Shown in pieces: positions 25,794-37,755 of a DNA stretch of 64,000 nt. The DNA lies in contig NW_027361986.1 of NCBI RefSeq assembly GCF_039654945.1, forward strand, positions 3,100,001-3,164,000, written 5' to 3'. The position numbers and the translations under genes are program-made. Within the stretch, counting starts at the first letter, position 1; every line of letters starts with the position of its first letter. Under the pieces are notes generated by a model. The model made no database searches. It was not told the DNA's origin and worked only from the letters and a program-made list of their open reading frames with translations. Origin of the DNA: Dendrobates tinctorius. Taxonomy: Eukaryota.

Positions 25794-26125
25794 TAGGGTT
25801 GATCGAATAGCTTCGGATAAGTGCTTATCCGAATAGCTATTTAGCTATTGCACTTCCTGAATAGCTGCCTCAGTAGCCTGGATACCTGGAGCGCTCCCGA
25901 TAATCAGCTGTTTGTCACCGCAGCTACATGCGTCACGGCTGTGTGACAGTCACAACACACATGCTCTCCATGCATGTGTTGTGACTGTCACACAGCTGCG
26001 ACACATGCAGCTGCGGCGCCAAACAGCTGATTATCGGGAGCGCTCCAGGTAACCAAGGCAGCTATTCGGGAAGCGTTATAGCTATTTGGATAAGCACTTA
26101 TCCAAAGCTATTTGATCAACCCCTG
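25794..26125. mobile_element. Palindromic non-autonomous DNA element with 6-bp TSD
   Basis: TAGGGTTGATCGAATAGC...GCTATTTGATCAACCCCTG, flanked by CACGGC / CACGAC. Confidence 0.8.
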
Positions 26126-26977
26126 CACGACCCATCTTCATTGTTCTTACTGAGGGAAGGAGGCTGTGTGCCAAAATCTCACGAGGCATGACCCCATCCT
26201 CCCTTCAATACAGTGCAGTCATCCTGTCTTCTTTGCAGAAAAGCACATCCAAAGTGTGATGTTTCCCCCACCATGATTCACGGTTAGGATGGTGTTATTG
26301 GGGGTGTACTCCTTCTTCCAAACACGGCGAGTGCAGTTGATATTAAAATTTCTAATTTGGTCTCATCTGATCTCATGACAGTTTTCCATGCCTCCTGTGG
26401 ATCATCCATATGGTCACTGACAAACTACAAACAGGCCTGGACATGTGCTGACGTGAGCAGGGGAACATTGCGTGCCCTGCAAAATTTTAATCCATGATGG
26501 AGAAGCGTTTTACTAACGGTAATGTTTGACAATGCGGTCCTCAGCTCTCTTTAGGCAATTGACCAGGTCCTCCCGTGTAATTATAGGCAGATTCCTGACC
26601 TTCCTCAGAATCATCCTTACCCCACGAGGTGAGATTTTGCATGGAGCCTCAAACCGAGGAAGACTGTCAGCCATCTTGTGTTTTTTTTCCATTTTCTAAT
26701 AATTGTGCCAACAGTTGTTGCCTTCTCACCAAGCTGCTTGCCTATTGTCCTTTAGGCCATCCCAGCCTTGTGTTGGTCTACAATTTTGTCCCTGGACAGC
26801 TCTTTGGTCATGTCCATGGTGAAGAGGTTGGAGTGTGATGGATTGAATGTGAGGACAGGTGTATTTTATACAGGTAACAGGTACAATTAATACAAGTAAT
26901 GAGTGTAGTGTAGGATGGCTTCTTAAAGAAAACCAACAGGTCTGTGAGAGCCAGAATTCTTGCTGGTTGGTAGGAGA

Positions 26978-28782
26978 TCTATTCTGCCTCTTCCTGATGA
27001 CTGCAAATCCAAGCATCCTAATTATCAGCTTCTTAGATAATTGTATAACTCATACTCACACCACCAGGCGTCCGCAGATAGTTTTAACTCCACCGGCAAT
27101 GCAACTGTAGAAAGACCAGTAGAAACTATGCTGTTTTCTTCCAAAATCTTGTAATAGTTTACAATGAACAGTAGGTAAAAAGGAGTAATCTGTACAGGGA
27201 AGTACACATGAGTCTTGAGTAATGGCCGCTGTAGGCTAAACTGAAGGGAGGAGCAACCTAATACAGAGCTCAACTACGGGAGGGACAATCTTCACAAAGT
27301 CTCATTCTACCTAGCAACAACAGGGAATATGCTGATTGGAGAAAAAACAACACAGAATGAAAAAAAAAAAAATAATAATATATATATATATTACAAGTTG
27401 TTCCAATTCGTGGGACACAACATGATGAAATACTTATAAACACCCGAAAAAAATCAAAAAGGCCTAAAGCAGGCACTTCCCATATATAAATAATCTTACC
27501 AAAAAAAGGAAGTATACACCAAGTTCAAATAAATCTCAATCCATCTTTATTCAAAACACCAATATTAAGATAAAATAATGAAGATACAGATGCAAATTAA
27601 GGACTACAAACCACGGGTAGCGTATTTACACATCATTAAAGTCATAAAAACTTGTATACTCTATTATTACGCATCCTCTGGTAGAGACAATATATACAGT
27701 ATATGTATGACCAATCACTGGTCTAAAAGACCTAAAATAGTTTCCACAAGTATAAAATTACATAGGTGTTACAAAAAAATATATTAAAAAAAAATACATA
27801 TATATCAGCAGAGCTACCTTTAATAATAGAACTCTAATTCACTTGATAAAGTGCACTAGTGCAAAACTAAAGTATACTTAGTGTAAATGCCAAAAAATAT
27901 ATATAGCACTGCTTATAAGGTATATTAGGGTAGTACAAAAATAGACTTTCAATAAATCACAATAACAGTTAATCCGCAAAATGCAGATAATACAAAGTGC
28001 CAGTGGTAATGCCAGCAGTCTTGGTAAATATATAAATATATCAGTAGTACTACCACTAATAATAGTACCCTAATTCCCTTAATAAAGTGCACTAGTGCAG
28101 AACTAGGCTATTAAATATATACTTAGTGTAAATGCCAGAAGTATAGCACTGCTAATAAAGTACATTAATATAGTACAGCAATGGACTTTCAATAAATAGA
28201 TCACAATAATAGTTAATCCGCAAAGTGCAGATAGTGCAAAATGCAAATAGGGCATGGCAATCTTGGTAGATATGAAGAATTAACCCATTAAACATATAAA
28301 ATTAAGAAAGTAACACCTGGTAAATGATGCCTGACCTGGGAGTAGTCCTTGTGCCCCGACCTTATTAATGGTAGCTCTGCTGATATATATGTATTTTTTT
28401 AATATATTTTTTGTAACACCTATGTAATTTTATACTTGTGGAAACTATTTTAGGTNNNNNNNNNNNNNNNNNNNNNNNNNNNNNNNNNNNNNNNNNNNNN
28501 NNNNNNNNNNNNNNNNNNNNNNNNNNNNNNNNNNNNNNNNNNNNNNNNNNNNNNNNNNNNNNNNNNNNNNNNNNNNNNNNNNNNNNNNNNNNNNNAATAA
28601 TACAAGTATACAAGTTTTTATGACTTTAAAGATGTGTAAATAAGCTACCTGTGGTTTGCAGTCCTTAATTTGCATCTGTATCTTCATTATTTTAATAATA
28701 ATCTTTATAAGATGGATTGAGATTTATTTGAACTTGGGGTATACTTCCTCTTTTTTTTTTTTTTTTTTTTTTAGGTAAGAGT
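26978..28782. mobile_element. AT-rich insertion with inverted and direct repeats, probable Penelope-like remnant
   Basis: About 27495-27822 is inverted at about 28366-28780; direct duplication at about 27800-28030 vs 28035-28270. Interrupts the Tc1 terminal region. Confidence 0.45.
28456..28595. other. Assembly gap (140 N)
   Basis: Run of N. Confidence 1.
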
Positions 28783-29583
28783 GATAAAATACTTATTTCA
28801 TGTAATAAAATGAACATTATTTAAAAATCATACAATGTGATTTTCTGTTTTTCAATGTTAAGATTTTGTCTCCCACAGTTGAAGTGTACATTCGATAAAC
28901 TTTCGATAAACTTTACAGACCTCGCCATTCTTTGTAGAGGAGAAAACTTGCAAAATCGGCAGAGTATCACATACTTATTTTCCCCACCGTATAACGTACA
29001 GCAAAATGTGAAAAATTCATGCCGGTAATAACGCGGTTCTGCTATATTGTGTAATTTTTACGGCATTTATCTTATGGTAAAAATGGCCTGACTAAATTAT
29101 TTCTTTAGGTTAGTTACATTACCAAACTTATTTTCCTTTCATTAGTTTAGCAAGAATTTAGAGATTTGTAAAAACCTATCTTGGCTCATGTCGCCATTCT
29201 CTTTGGCCCATAACTTATTGTTTTCCCCTGTAATGGAGCGGTGTGAGATCTTGTTTTCTGCACAGCGAGCTGCAGTTTTTATTGATATCATTTTGGTTTA
29301 CTTATATGATTTTGAGCACTTTTTATTACATTTTTTGATAGAGGGGCAGGGACTAACAAAAATATAAATTCCGGCATTTCCATGTTTATCTTTTCTTTAT
29401 GTGGATTACTGTTTGAGTTAGTTTTATTTTTTTCATGATATCTTTATTCTAGAATTTGGAAAAAGGGCGACAAACATTTACGCTTTTTAAAGAACATTCA
29501 ATAACTTTTACATTGAAATCGATCAAAAGTGAACGATACTGGGAGCAGATTTTGAAGTGGATCTTGTAGAAGAATCTGCTTTC

Positions 29584-30208
29584 GGCTGTGTGCACACGTC
29601 CGGAATTCCCACGGATATAATGCGTTTTTGCCGCATTTTTTCACCGCGAAAACGCGGCAAAAACGTATAAAATAAGCAACCTATTAAATTCAATGCCCAC
29701 CATGCGCAAAGTAAGCGGAAAATGTGCGGATGGTACCCAGGGTCTGGAGGAGAGGAGACTGTCCTCCAGGCCCTGGGTACCATATCCCTGTAAAAAAATA
29801 AATAAATAAATAAAAAAAATAAAGAATTAAAATAAAAAAAAAAATTGTGATATTCTCACCTTCCAGCGTCCCCCGCAGCGTTCCCTCCTGTCAGCCATGC
29901 TCCCGGAATCTTCCGGTCCCAGTGAAGCCTTGCAGCAATGACCTTTGATGAGACCGCTACATCAAAGGTCAATGTCGCAAGGCATCGCTGGGAACGGGAC
30001 TTGCCGGGAGCATCGCAAGGATCAGAAACGCTGCGGGGGACGCCGGAAGGTGAGAATATCACAATAATTTTTTATTATTTTTAACATTATATCTTTTTAC
30101 TACTGATGCTATATAGGCAGCCTCAATAGTAAAAAGTTGGTCACACTTATCGAACAGTATGTTTGCCCGGAAATTTCCGTGGCAATTCCGCAACGTGTGC
30201 ACATAGCC
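29584..30208. mobile_element. PIF/Harbinger-type MITE
   Basis: TIRs GGCTGTGTGCACACGT / ACGTGTGCACATAGCC; flanks TTC/TTA. Confidence 0.8.
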
Positions 30209-32030
30209 TTAAAATCCATATTAAAAAAAGAAATGTGAACATGCAATTTTAAGGGCTAACACTTGGGAGAGAAAGAAGCACAACCAATGAGAGTGACAGT
30301 TTGGCAGGCATCAGTAGTAGTGATGAGCGAGCATGCTGAAGATCTATTGTAGACCTGAAGCCTCTGTCTCTCCAGCTCTATTTCCCACCAAGTGCCACTT
30401 CCTCCCACTTGACTGACAGCCTCTATGCTTTGTGACTCCAGGCCAATGAGCCATCAGTCAAGCAGAAGGCGGCGGCAGCAGCAGCACTGAGAGAGGAAAT
30501 AGAGCTGGAGTGACAGGGGTTTCATATCTACAGGTGCATCTCACAAAATTAGAATATCATCAAAAAGTTAATTTATTTCAGTTCTTCAATACAAAAAGTG
30601 AAACTCATATTATATAGAGTCATTACAAACAGAGTGATCTATTTCACGTGTTTATTTCTGCTAATGTTGATGATTATGGCTTACAGCCAATGAAAACCCA
30701 AAAGTCATTATCTCAATAAATTAGATTACTTTATAACACCAGCTTGAAAAATGATTTTAAAATCCGAAATGTTGGCCTACTGAAAAGTATGTTCAGTAAA
30801 TGCACTCATTACTTGGTCGGGGCTCCTTTTGCATCAATTACTGCATCAATGCAACATGGCATGGAGGCGATCAGCCTGTGGCACTGCTGAGGTGTTGTGG
30901 AAGCCCAGGTTGCTTTGATAGCAGCCTTCAGCTCGTCTGCATTGTTGGGTCTGGTGTCTCATCTTCTTCTTGACAATACCCTATAGATTCTCTATTGGGT
31001 TAAGGTCAGGCGAGTTTGCTGGCCAGTCAAGCACAGTGATACTGTTGTTTGTAAACCAGGTATTGGTACTTTTGGCAGTGTGGACAGGTGCCAAGTCCTG
31101 CTGGAGAATGACATTTCCATCTCCAATAAATTTGTCGGCAGAGGGAAGCATGAAGTGCTCTAAAATTTCCTGGTGGACGGCTGCGCTGACTTTGGTATTG
31201 ATAAAACACAGTGGACCTACACCAGCAGATGACATGGCTCCCCAAACCATCACTGATTGTGGAAACTTCACACTAGGCCTTGCAAATCAACATCCCAGAG
31301 TCTGGAGGAAGAGTGGAAAGACCACAATCCAAGCTGCTTGAGGTCCATTGTGAAGTTTCCACAATCAGTGATGGTTTGGGGAGCCATGTCATCTGCTGGT
31401 GTAGGTCCTCTGTGTTTTATGAAGACCAAAGTCAGCGCAGCCGTCTGTGAGGAAATTTTAGAGCACTTCATGCTTCCCTCTGCCGACAAGCTTTTTTTTG
31501 GAGATGGAAATTTCATTCTCTAGCAGGACTTGGCACCTGTTCACACTGCCAAAAGTACCAATACCTGGTTTACAAATAACAGTATCACTGTACTTGATTG
31601 GCCAGCAAACTCGCCTGACCTTAACCCCATAGAGCAGGGGTCCCCAACCACCGGTCCACGGCCCAGCACCGGGCCGCTGCAGTGCCCTTGCCGGTCCGCA
31701 GACACAAGGGGAGCCAGGGGCGGTGCAGCAGCTGATTCTCCTAGCCGCGGTCAGTGGCGTAGCGTGGGGGGGTGGTCCGCCCCAGGCGGCACGTGTTGGG
31801 ACGGCGCGCAGCAATTCCTAGATTGCGCTCATTGTGTAGCGGCGGCCAGGGAGCGATCCAAGCAGCTCCGCTGCCTGCAAGAGGGAATAGCAGGAGCGGA
31901 GCTGCAAGGACCCGTCCAGCTTCCTGCACGCCGCCCGCGCTTCCTGTCTCTGACTGACACAGAGGAGCGCGCCGCTGAATGACGTCATCATTCAGCGGCC
32001 GCTGCTGTGTCAGAGCGAGGAAGCGCGGGC

Positions 32031-32167
32031 NNNNNNNNNNNNNNNNNNNNNNNNNNNNNNNNNNNNNNNNNNNNNNNNNNNNNNNNNNNNNNNNNNNNNN
32101 NNNNNNNNNNNNNNNNNNNNNNNNNNNNNNNNNNNNNNNNNNNNNNNNNNNNNNNNNNNNNNNNNNN
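32031..32167. other. Assembly gap (137 N)
   Basis: Run of N. Confidence 1.
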
Positions 32168-32205
32168 AGCCTGGCCCTGGAGGAGATGGGGACGAGGAGA
32201 AGACC

Positions 32206-32688
32206 ATGATGGGGAGAAGGCAATGATGGGAGTGATGGAGAGACGGCAGTGATGGGAGTGATGGAGAAGGCAATGATGGGGAGAAGGGAGTGATGGGGTG
32301 AAGGCAATGATGGGGTGATGGAGCAGGCAAGGATGGGGGTGATGGAGCAGGCAGTGATGGGAGTGATGGGGAGAAGGCAATGATGGGAGTGATGGGGTGA
32401 TGGAGCAGGCAATGATGGGAGTGATGGGGAGAAGGCAGTGATGGGGTGATGGAGCAGGCAGTGATGGGGAGAAGGCAGTGATGGAGAGATGGCAGTGATG
32501 GGAGTGATGGAGAAGGCAATGATGGGGAGAAGGGAGTGATGGGGTGAAGGCAATGATGGGGTGATGGAGCAGGCAATGATGAGGTGATGGAGCAGGCAAT
32601 GATGGAAGTGATGAGGAGAAGGCAGTGATGGGGTGATGGAGAAGGCAGTGATGGGAGTGATGGGGTGACGGAGCAGGCAATGATGGGT
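32206..32688. repeat. Purine-rich degenerate minisatellite
   Basis: Tandem GTGATGGG(A/G) and GAGAAGGCA(A/G)TGATG modules. Confidence 0.9.
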
Positions 32689-33047
32689 ACTCTTCGGATG
32701 CTTCCGGATTATCAACGACCAAAGGGGCAGCAAATTTTTCAACCGCCCCGGGCGCGACAAACAGTTGCTACGCCACTGGCCGCGGTCCCTGTCGTCGTCG
32801 GTGGTGGCTTCATCCAGCGCTGAGCTGTCACGTGCTACCGTTCATTTAAGGTCATGAATATTGACGCCACTCATCTCCCATAGGCGTGGTGTCCATATTC
32901 ATGGACCTTAATGAGCGGTAGCACGTGACCGCTCCGCACAGAAAGCTGAAGCGCCGCGAGATGCAGGGACGTGCAGCGACGGGAAGGAAGTTCAGCGACA
33001 GTGACGTGAGGGGTAAGTATGATGGGGGAGGATGGGGGAGCCGAGCG

Positions 33048-33535
33048 GAGCCATATATACATGGGATGGAGAGTGGGAGCGGCCATAAAAACATGGGATG
33101 GCGAGTGGGAGTGGAGCCATAAATAAAGGAGGGAGAGTGGGAACGGAGCCATAAATACATAGGATGGAGAGTGGGAGCAGAGCCATAAATACATGGGATG
33201 GAGAGTGGGAGCAGAGCCATAAATACATGGGATGGAGAGTGGGAGCAGAGCCATAAATACATGGGATGGAGAGTGGGAGCAGAGCCATAAATACATGGGA
33301 TGGAGAGTGGGAGCAGAGCCATAAATACATGGGATGGAGAGTGGGAGCAGAGCCATAAATACATGGGATGGAGAGTGGGAGCAGAGCCATAAATACATGG
33401 GATGGAGAGTGGGAGCGGAGTCATAAATAAGGGAGGGAGAGTGGGAGCAGAGCCATAAATACATGGGATGGAGAGTGGGAGCGGAGTCATGTATACAGGA
33501 TGGGAAGGTGGGAGCGGAGCCATGTATACAAGGAT
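33048..33535. repeat. 34-bp minisatellite
   Basis: Unit GAGCCATAAATACATGGGATGGAGAGTGGGAGCA in tandem. Confidence 0.95.
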
Positions 33536-33988
33536 GGGAGCATGTGAGCAGAGCCATGAATACAAGGATGGGACAGGGGAGCCATGCATACAACAGGGGG
33601 AGCCACACAGAGCTGGACAGGATGGGGGGGGGGGAACCACACATACATTTTCTGATGATTAGAAAATAATCAGCATGTACAGTACTCCAGCCAGGGCTGT
33701 GGAGTCGGTAAGCCACAGTTGCGATTCCGACTCCTGGATTTTATCAGGCTCCGACTCCGGCTCCGACTCCTTCATAAATGGCCAATTCATAACAACAAAT
33801 TTACTGTTATAAAATATTAAACATCGTGCTTATTCAGTTTCTCACCATCATATAAGTAATCAGACCACTTAGAGCAAAAACTACATTTATTAGAATACAA
33901 TTAGAATATAGCAAATAACTTTTATAAACTTTTCTAAACTGTAAGTAAATATGCAATAAACACTTTTATGCAGTTAATAAGAAGAAAT

Positions 33989-36900
33989 CTATAAATTTGT
34001 CCTCAGAAAAAGTATTGCCTCTGTCAGATCCCCCTTCATGGATGCCCTCAAATCTGATCTAATTATTTTGAGAGCAGAGAACAACCTCTCTACACTAACT
34101 TGTGTTGGTGGCAAAGCAGTAACCACTCGGGCAACATCTCTGACAATGTCAGGATACAGAGGAATCGCTTGTTGCACTGTTATTTTTGATGAACGGTCAA
34201 ATTTCTCAATTTCTTTTAGTGCACATGAAAAATTCTGCTGAAATGTACTGGCTGTGTTCCTTGATGGGGATGACTCTTCTATGCGGGAACGCTTTGCACG
34301 GTCCTTGTGATCCAAATATTTTTCGAAATTAAATTCTTCATCAGTTGATGATGAGGGTGAAGATGTGGCAGGACGACCAAATTCTTCTTGTTCCTCCTGA
34401 CTGTTCTGCAACCCTTTCATCCTTACTGCTATTTCAAACAGAGCTTCTTTTCCTTTACTTAGCTGTTGATCATCTAGAAGAATCCGATGCATTGGGTCTA
34501 CATAAACAGCTGCCAAAAGAATGTTATTTTGTAATAGTAGCTCCTCTCTCCGTTTCATTGATGTAGCAATGCCACTTGGAATTAACCCTCCTCTTTGGGA
34601 CAGGCGAAACATCAGGTTCTTCCACTCCTTTAAGAAAATACCTGGAGTTAAGTCCTCTGCTTGTAATTTTTTAGTCACTGTAAATGGGTGCTCTAGCAAT
34701 TTTTCCAGCTCAGTCACCTGATTCCACTGACTTTCATTTAGCGTCAGTTGAGGGTTAGCCATGTCTACAAGAAAGGTTTTCAGTTCAAACAAGCGCTGAA
34801 TCATTAAGTAAGTACTGCCCCATCGTGTGGCTTGATCAGGTCAACGAAAAAAAATTTTTTTTCTGGTGTCCAAAATATTTTAATGAATTTGGGGTATTTT
34901 TGGGGTGCTGATTCTGAATATGTCATCAGTTTTGCCAGATTGGCTCAAGTTTTTGAGATTTTTGGTATCTTATTTATAGCACTTGTTGGTAAATGCGACG
35001 CATCATCTCATTAATTTCTTTGGATTAGTACTTGAACTGAGCAGTTCTCAATATAGTTTTGTGTTAATTAGTGTTCTAAAAGTTTGTTCATAGCTTGATT
35101 TTTGCACTAACTTTATGTTGTTGTCTGTTTTCCAGTGAAAAGCATGAACTCATCATGAAGAAGTTGTCTTAACGATCCAGACTCATTCTGTTACATTTGT
35201 GGTGAATATACACTGCCAAAACATAGAAGAAACATAACACACTTCGTAAAAAAAGTGTATTTTGCCTATTTTGGGGTTATGCTTGGGGACCAAGACAAGT
35301 TTTGGGCACCACACATAGTGTGCAAAGCATGTATCGAATTATTACGAAAATGGAGCAAAGGACAAAGAAAAAGCTTCAAATTTGGTGTTCCAATGGTGTG
35401 GAGAGAGCCAAAAAATCATCATGATGACTGTTATTTCTGTGCAGTGCAAGTGCAAGGATTCAATAAGCATAAGAAACGAAAATGGGAGTAACATGGAATC
35501 TGCAAGAAGGCCTGTCCCTCATTGTGAAGATGTGCCTGTACCTGTGTTTACCATAAATAACAGTCATCATGATGATTTTTTGGCTCTCTCCACACCATTG
35601 GAACACCAAATTTGAAGCTTTTTCTTTGTCCTTTGCTCCATTTTCGTAATAATTCGATACATGCTTTGCACACTATGTGTGGTGCCCAAAACTTGTCTTG
35701 GTCCCCAAGCATAACCCCAAAATAGGCAAAATACACTTTTTTTACGAAGTCTGTTATGTTTCTTCTATGTTTTGGCAGTGTGTATTCACCACAAATGTAA
35801 CAGAATGAGTCTGGATCGTTAAGACAACTTCTTCTTGATGAGTTCATGCTTTTCACTGGAAAACAGACAACAACATAAAGTTAGTGCAAAAATCAAGCTA
35901 TGAACAAACTTTTAGAACACTAATTAACACAAAACTATATTGAGAACTGCTCAGTTCAAGTACTAATCCAAAGAAATTAATGAGATGATGCGTCGCATTT
36001 ACCAACAAGTGCTATAAATAAGATACCAAAAATCTCAAAAACTTGAGCCAATCTGGCAAAACTGATGACATATTCAGAATCAGCACCCCAAAAATACCCT
36101 AAATTCGATGAAATATCTTTGGCACCAAAAATGCTGTTGACCAGTGAATTGCCCCTTTTCCAGCACGTCTCTTCAAAATTGAGTCAACTTTAGGGGGTTC
36201 TGGCAACAGTAGCCAATTTTCTCACCTTGCCAATCAGTGCAGCAGCATGTCCTTCTTGCAGACTGTCTCTTATAGCCAGCTGTAGCGTATGCACAACACA
36301 GCGCATGTGATGAATGAAAGAACATATTGACACAGTTTCAACAAGATCATCTAAACTATCATGTTGCTGTTCATCTGAAGCAACTTCAGTTTGCTCCTCA
36401 GTTACAATACTGTGTTCCTCTATTTCAAACATTTCTGTGTCTGTGGACCCAGAATGTTCTTCTAGCTGCTGGTCACCATCATTACTCTCATTCATTAGCT
36501 TAATAGTACTTATCATATTTGAAGGATTGTCAGTTACGACAGAAAGAACTTGCTCTTTTTTAAGTTCATAGTCTTGCAGAACCTTTTCCACCAAGACCTG
36601 GAGAAACTCACTGGTGTGATGAGCTTTGGTGTCTTTTACTGCCAATGTCTTGGTAACTATTTCATTTTTGTCACAAACAAATCGGACATTGATGGCAAAA
36701 TAGTTCACTCTGTGACGTGTGCAGGCATCCATTTTAAGAAACAGAAAGCGTCCCTTGAGTTTTTTTAAGTTCTTCCTTTTGTTTAAAAGCTTCTTCGATT
36801 ACTAATTTTCTAATACTTTCTCTCTCCAGAGAAACACCAAGCTTGCGGGCCATTTCCCCATTCAGACACATAAAAGCTGGTCGTGAAAATAATGAAATAG

Positions 36901-37306
36901 GCACACTATCCTTTACAACAAGCTCTATGATCTGTTTTTTAAATGTATCTACTGTCATTGTCACAGTAATTTTGTCACTGACAAAATATCTTGCAACTGA
37001 TGGCTGCAAAGTTCTCTGCTCCTTTGTTTGGCTGGAAGAGCTGGGCACTGGTTCATTGGTTTGGATGCAGTCTTTCTCATCCACTGCTTTCAGTACTTCT
37101 GGATGAAAGCGCTGTAAATGTCTCTTTAGATTAGAAGCTCTGGTAGGAGCATTTTTATCTTTGCCTGAATATGCACTCATCTTGGCTTCACAGCATTTGT
37201 TTTCGTCTGGATCATTTGTCATACACTGACAGACATAATGTTTTCTATCTTGAGTGATGGTGAAATGTTCAAATACAGCTGATTTAATGTGATGCTTCTT
37301 TGACAT
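33989..37306 (-). pseudogene. hAT transposase, frameshifted and interrupted
   Basis: BED finger (CQC...C...NLKRHLQRFH), MDAC and VTDN catalytic motifs, CVVHTLQL, TRWGSTYLM and dimerisation motif PPTQVSVERLFS. Frameshifts near 36735 and 36192; insertion at 34839-36146. Confidence 0.92.
34839..36146. mobile_element. Chapaev3 (CMC)-type fold-back non-autonomous element
   Basis: Right terminus ...GTTGACCAGTG (CAC/GTG type; left CACT lost). Both arms carry the transposase N-terminus C.N.PD.FCYICG...LGDQDK.WAPH.VC..C...FGVPMVWREP..H..DCY in opposite orientations. Confidence 0.8.
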
Positions 37307-37755
37307 TCTCAGGTTTTTAATTCTGCATTCACAATCCAAATGACAATTGTTTTTCCTAAAAACAATTGTACAAAATTATTGCCAGGTCGTACAACTGATA
37401 TAGTGGTCAGTAATACTGTTATTATTCCTCATGTACTCACAGTTAACTGATGCAAAGTTTGTTGAAAGGATAATACTTCTTACAGTCTTCCTCTTCTGAG
37501 TAGCAGGCAGCTGTGAGATGCTTGGAAGACGCACACCTAGTATGATCTAGTCTAGAGGATGAGCTTTACTACTAAGAATTTGCAACACATTTTCACTTTC
37601 AGTTTCATACATTGTAAGTAGGGGGGTTGGGGCAGCATGAGGTTAACCAAGTATAAGATTAGATAAGGGCAGTGGAGAACAGTGACACACAAGAATTGTC
37701 TCTATCTCCAGCAGAACTGCTTATCACTGTTGTTCATAGTTTGATAGAACATATA

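Larger units (their letters stand above)
25265..28989 (-). mobile_element. Decayed Tc1-like transposon
   Basis: TA TSD, TIRs CAGTGGGGAAAAATAAGTAT / ATACTTATTTTCCCCACCG; broken transposase on the minus strand at about 25490-26820; two nested insertions. Confidence 0.85.
31752..32778. mobile_element. Non-autonomous hAT element
   Basis: TIRs CAGTGGCGTAGC / GCTACGCCACTG, 8-bp TSD GCCGCGGT. Confidence 0.9.

Noticed and set aside
26990-27030. CTGATGA hammerhead-like core
   Set aside because: No stem II or GAAA follows at the required distance.
31741-33716. Long ORFs of 188-339 aa
   Set aside because: Low-complexity translations of minisatellites, open in several frames, some running through N gaps.
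33989-37339. Possible ZBED host gene
   Set aside because: Bounded by TIRs and an 8-bp TSD, with frameshifts and a nested insertion.
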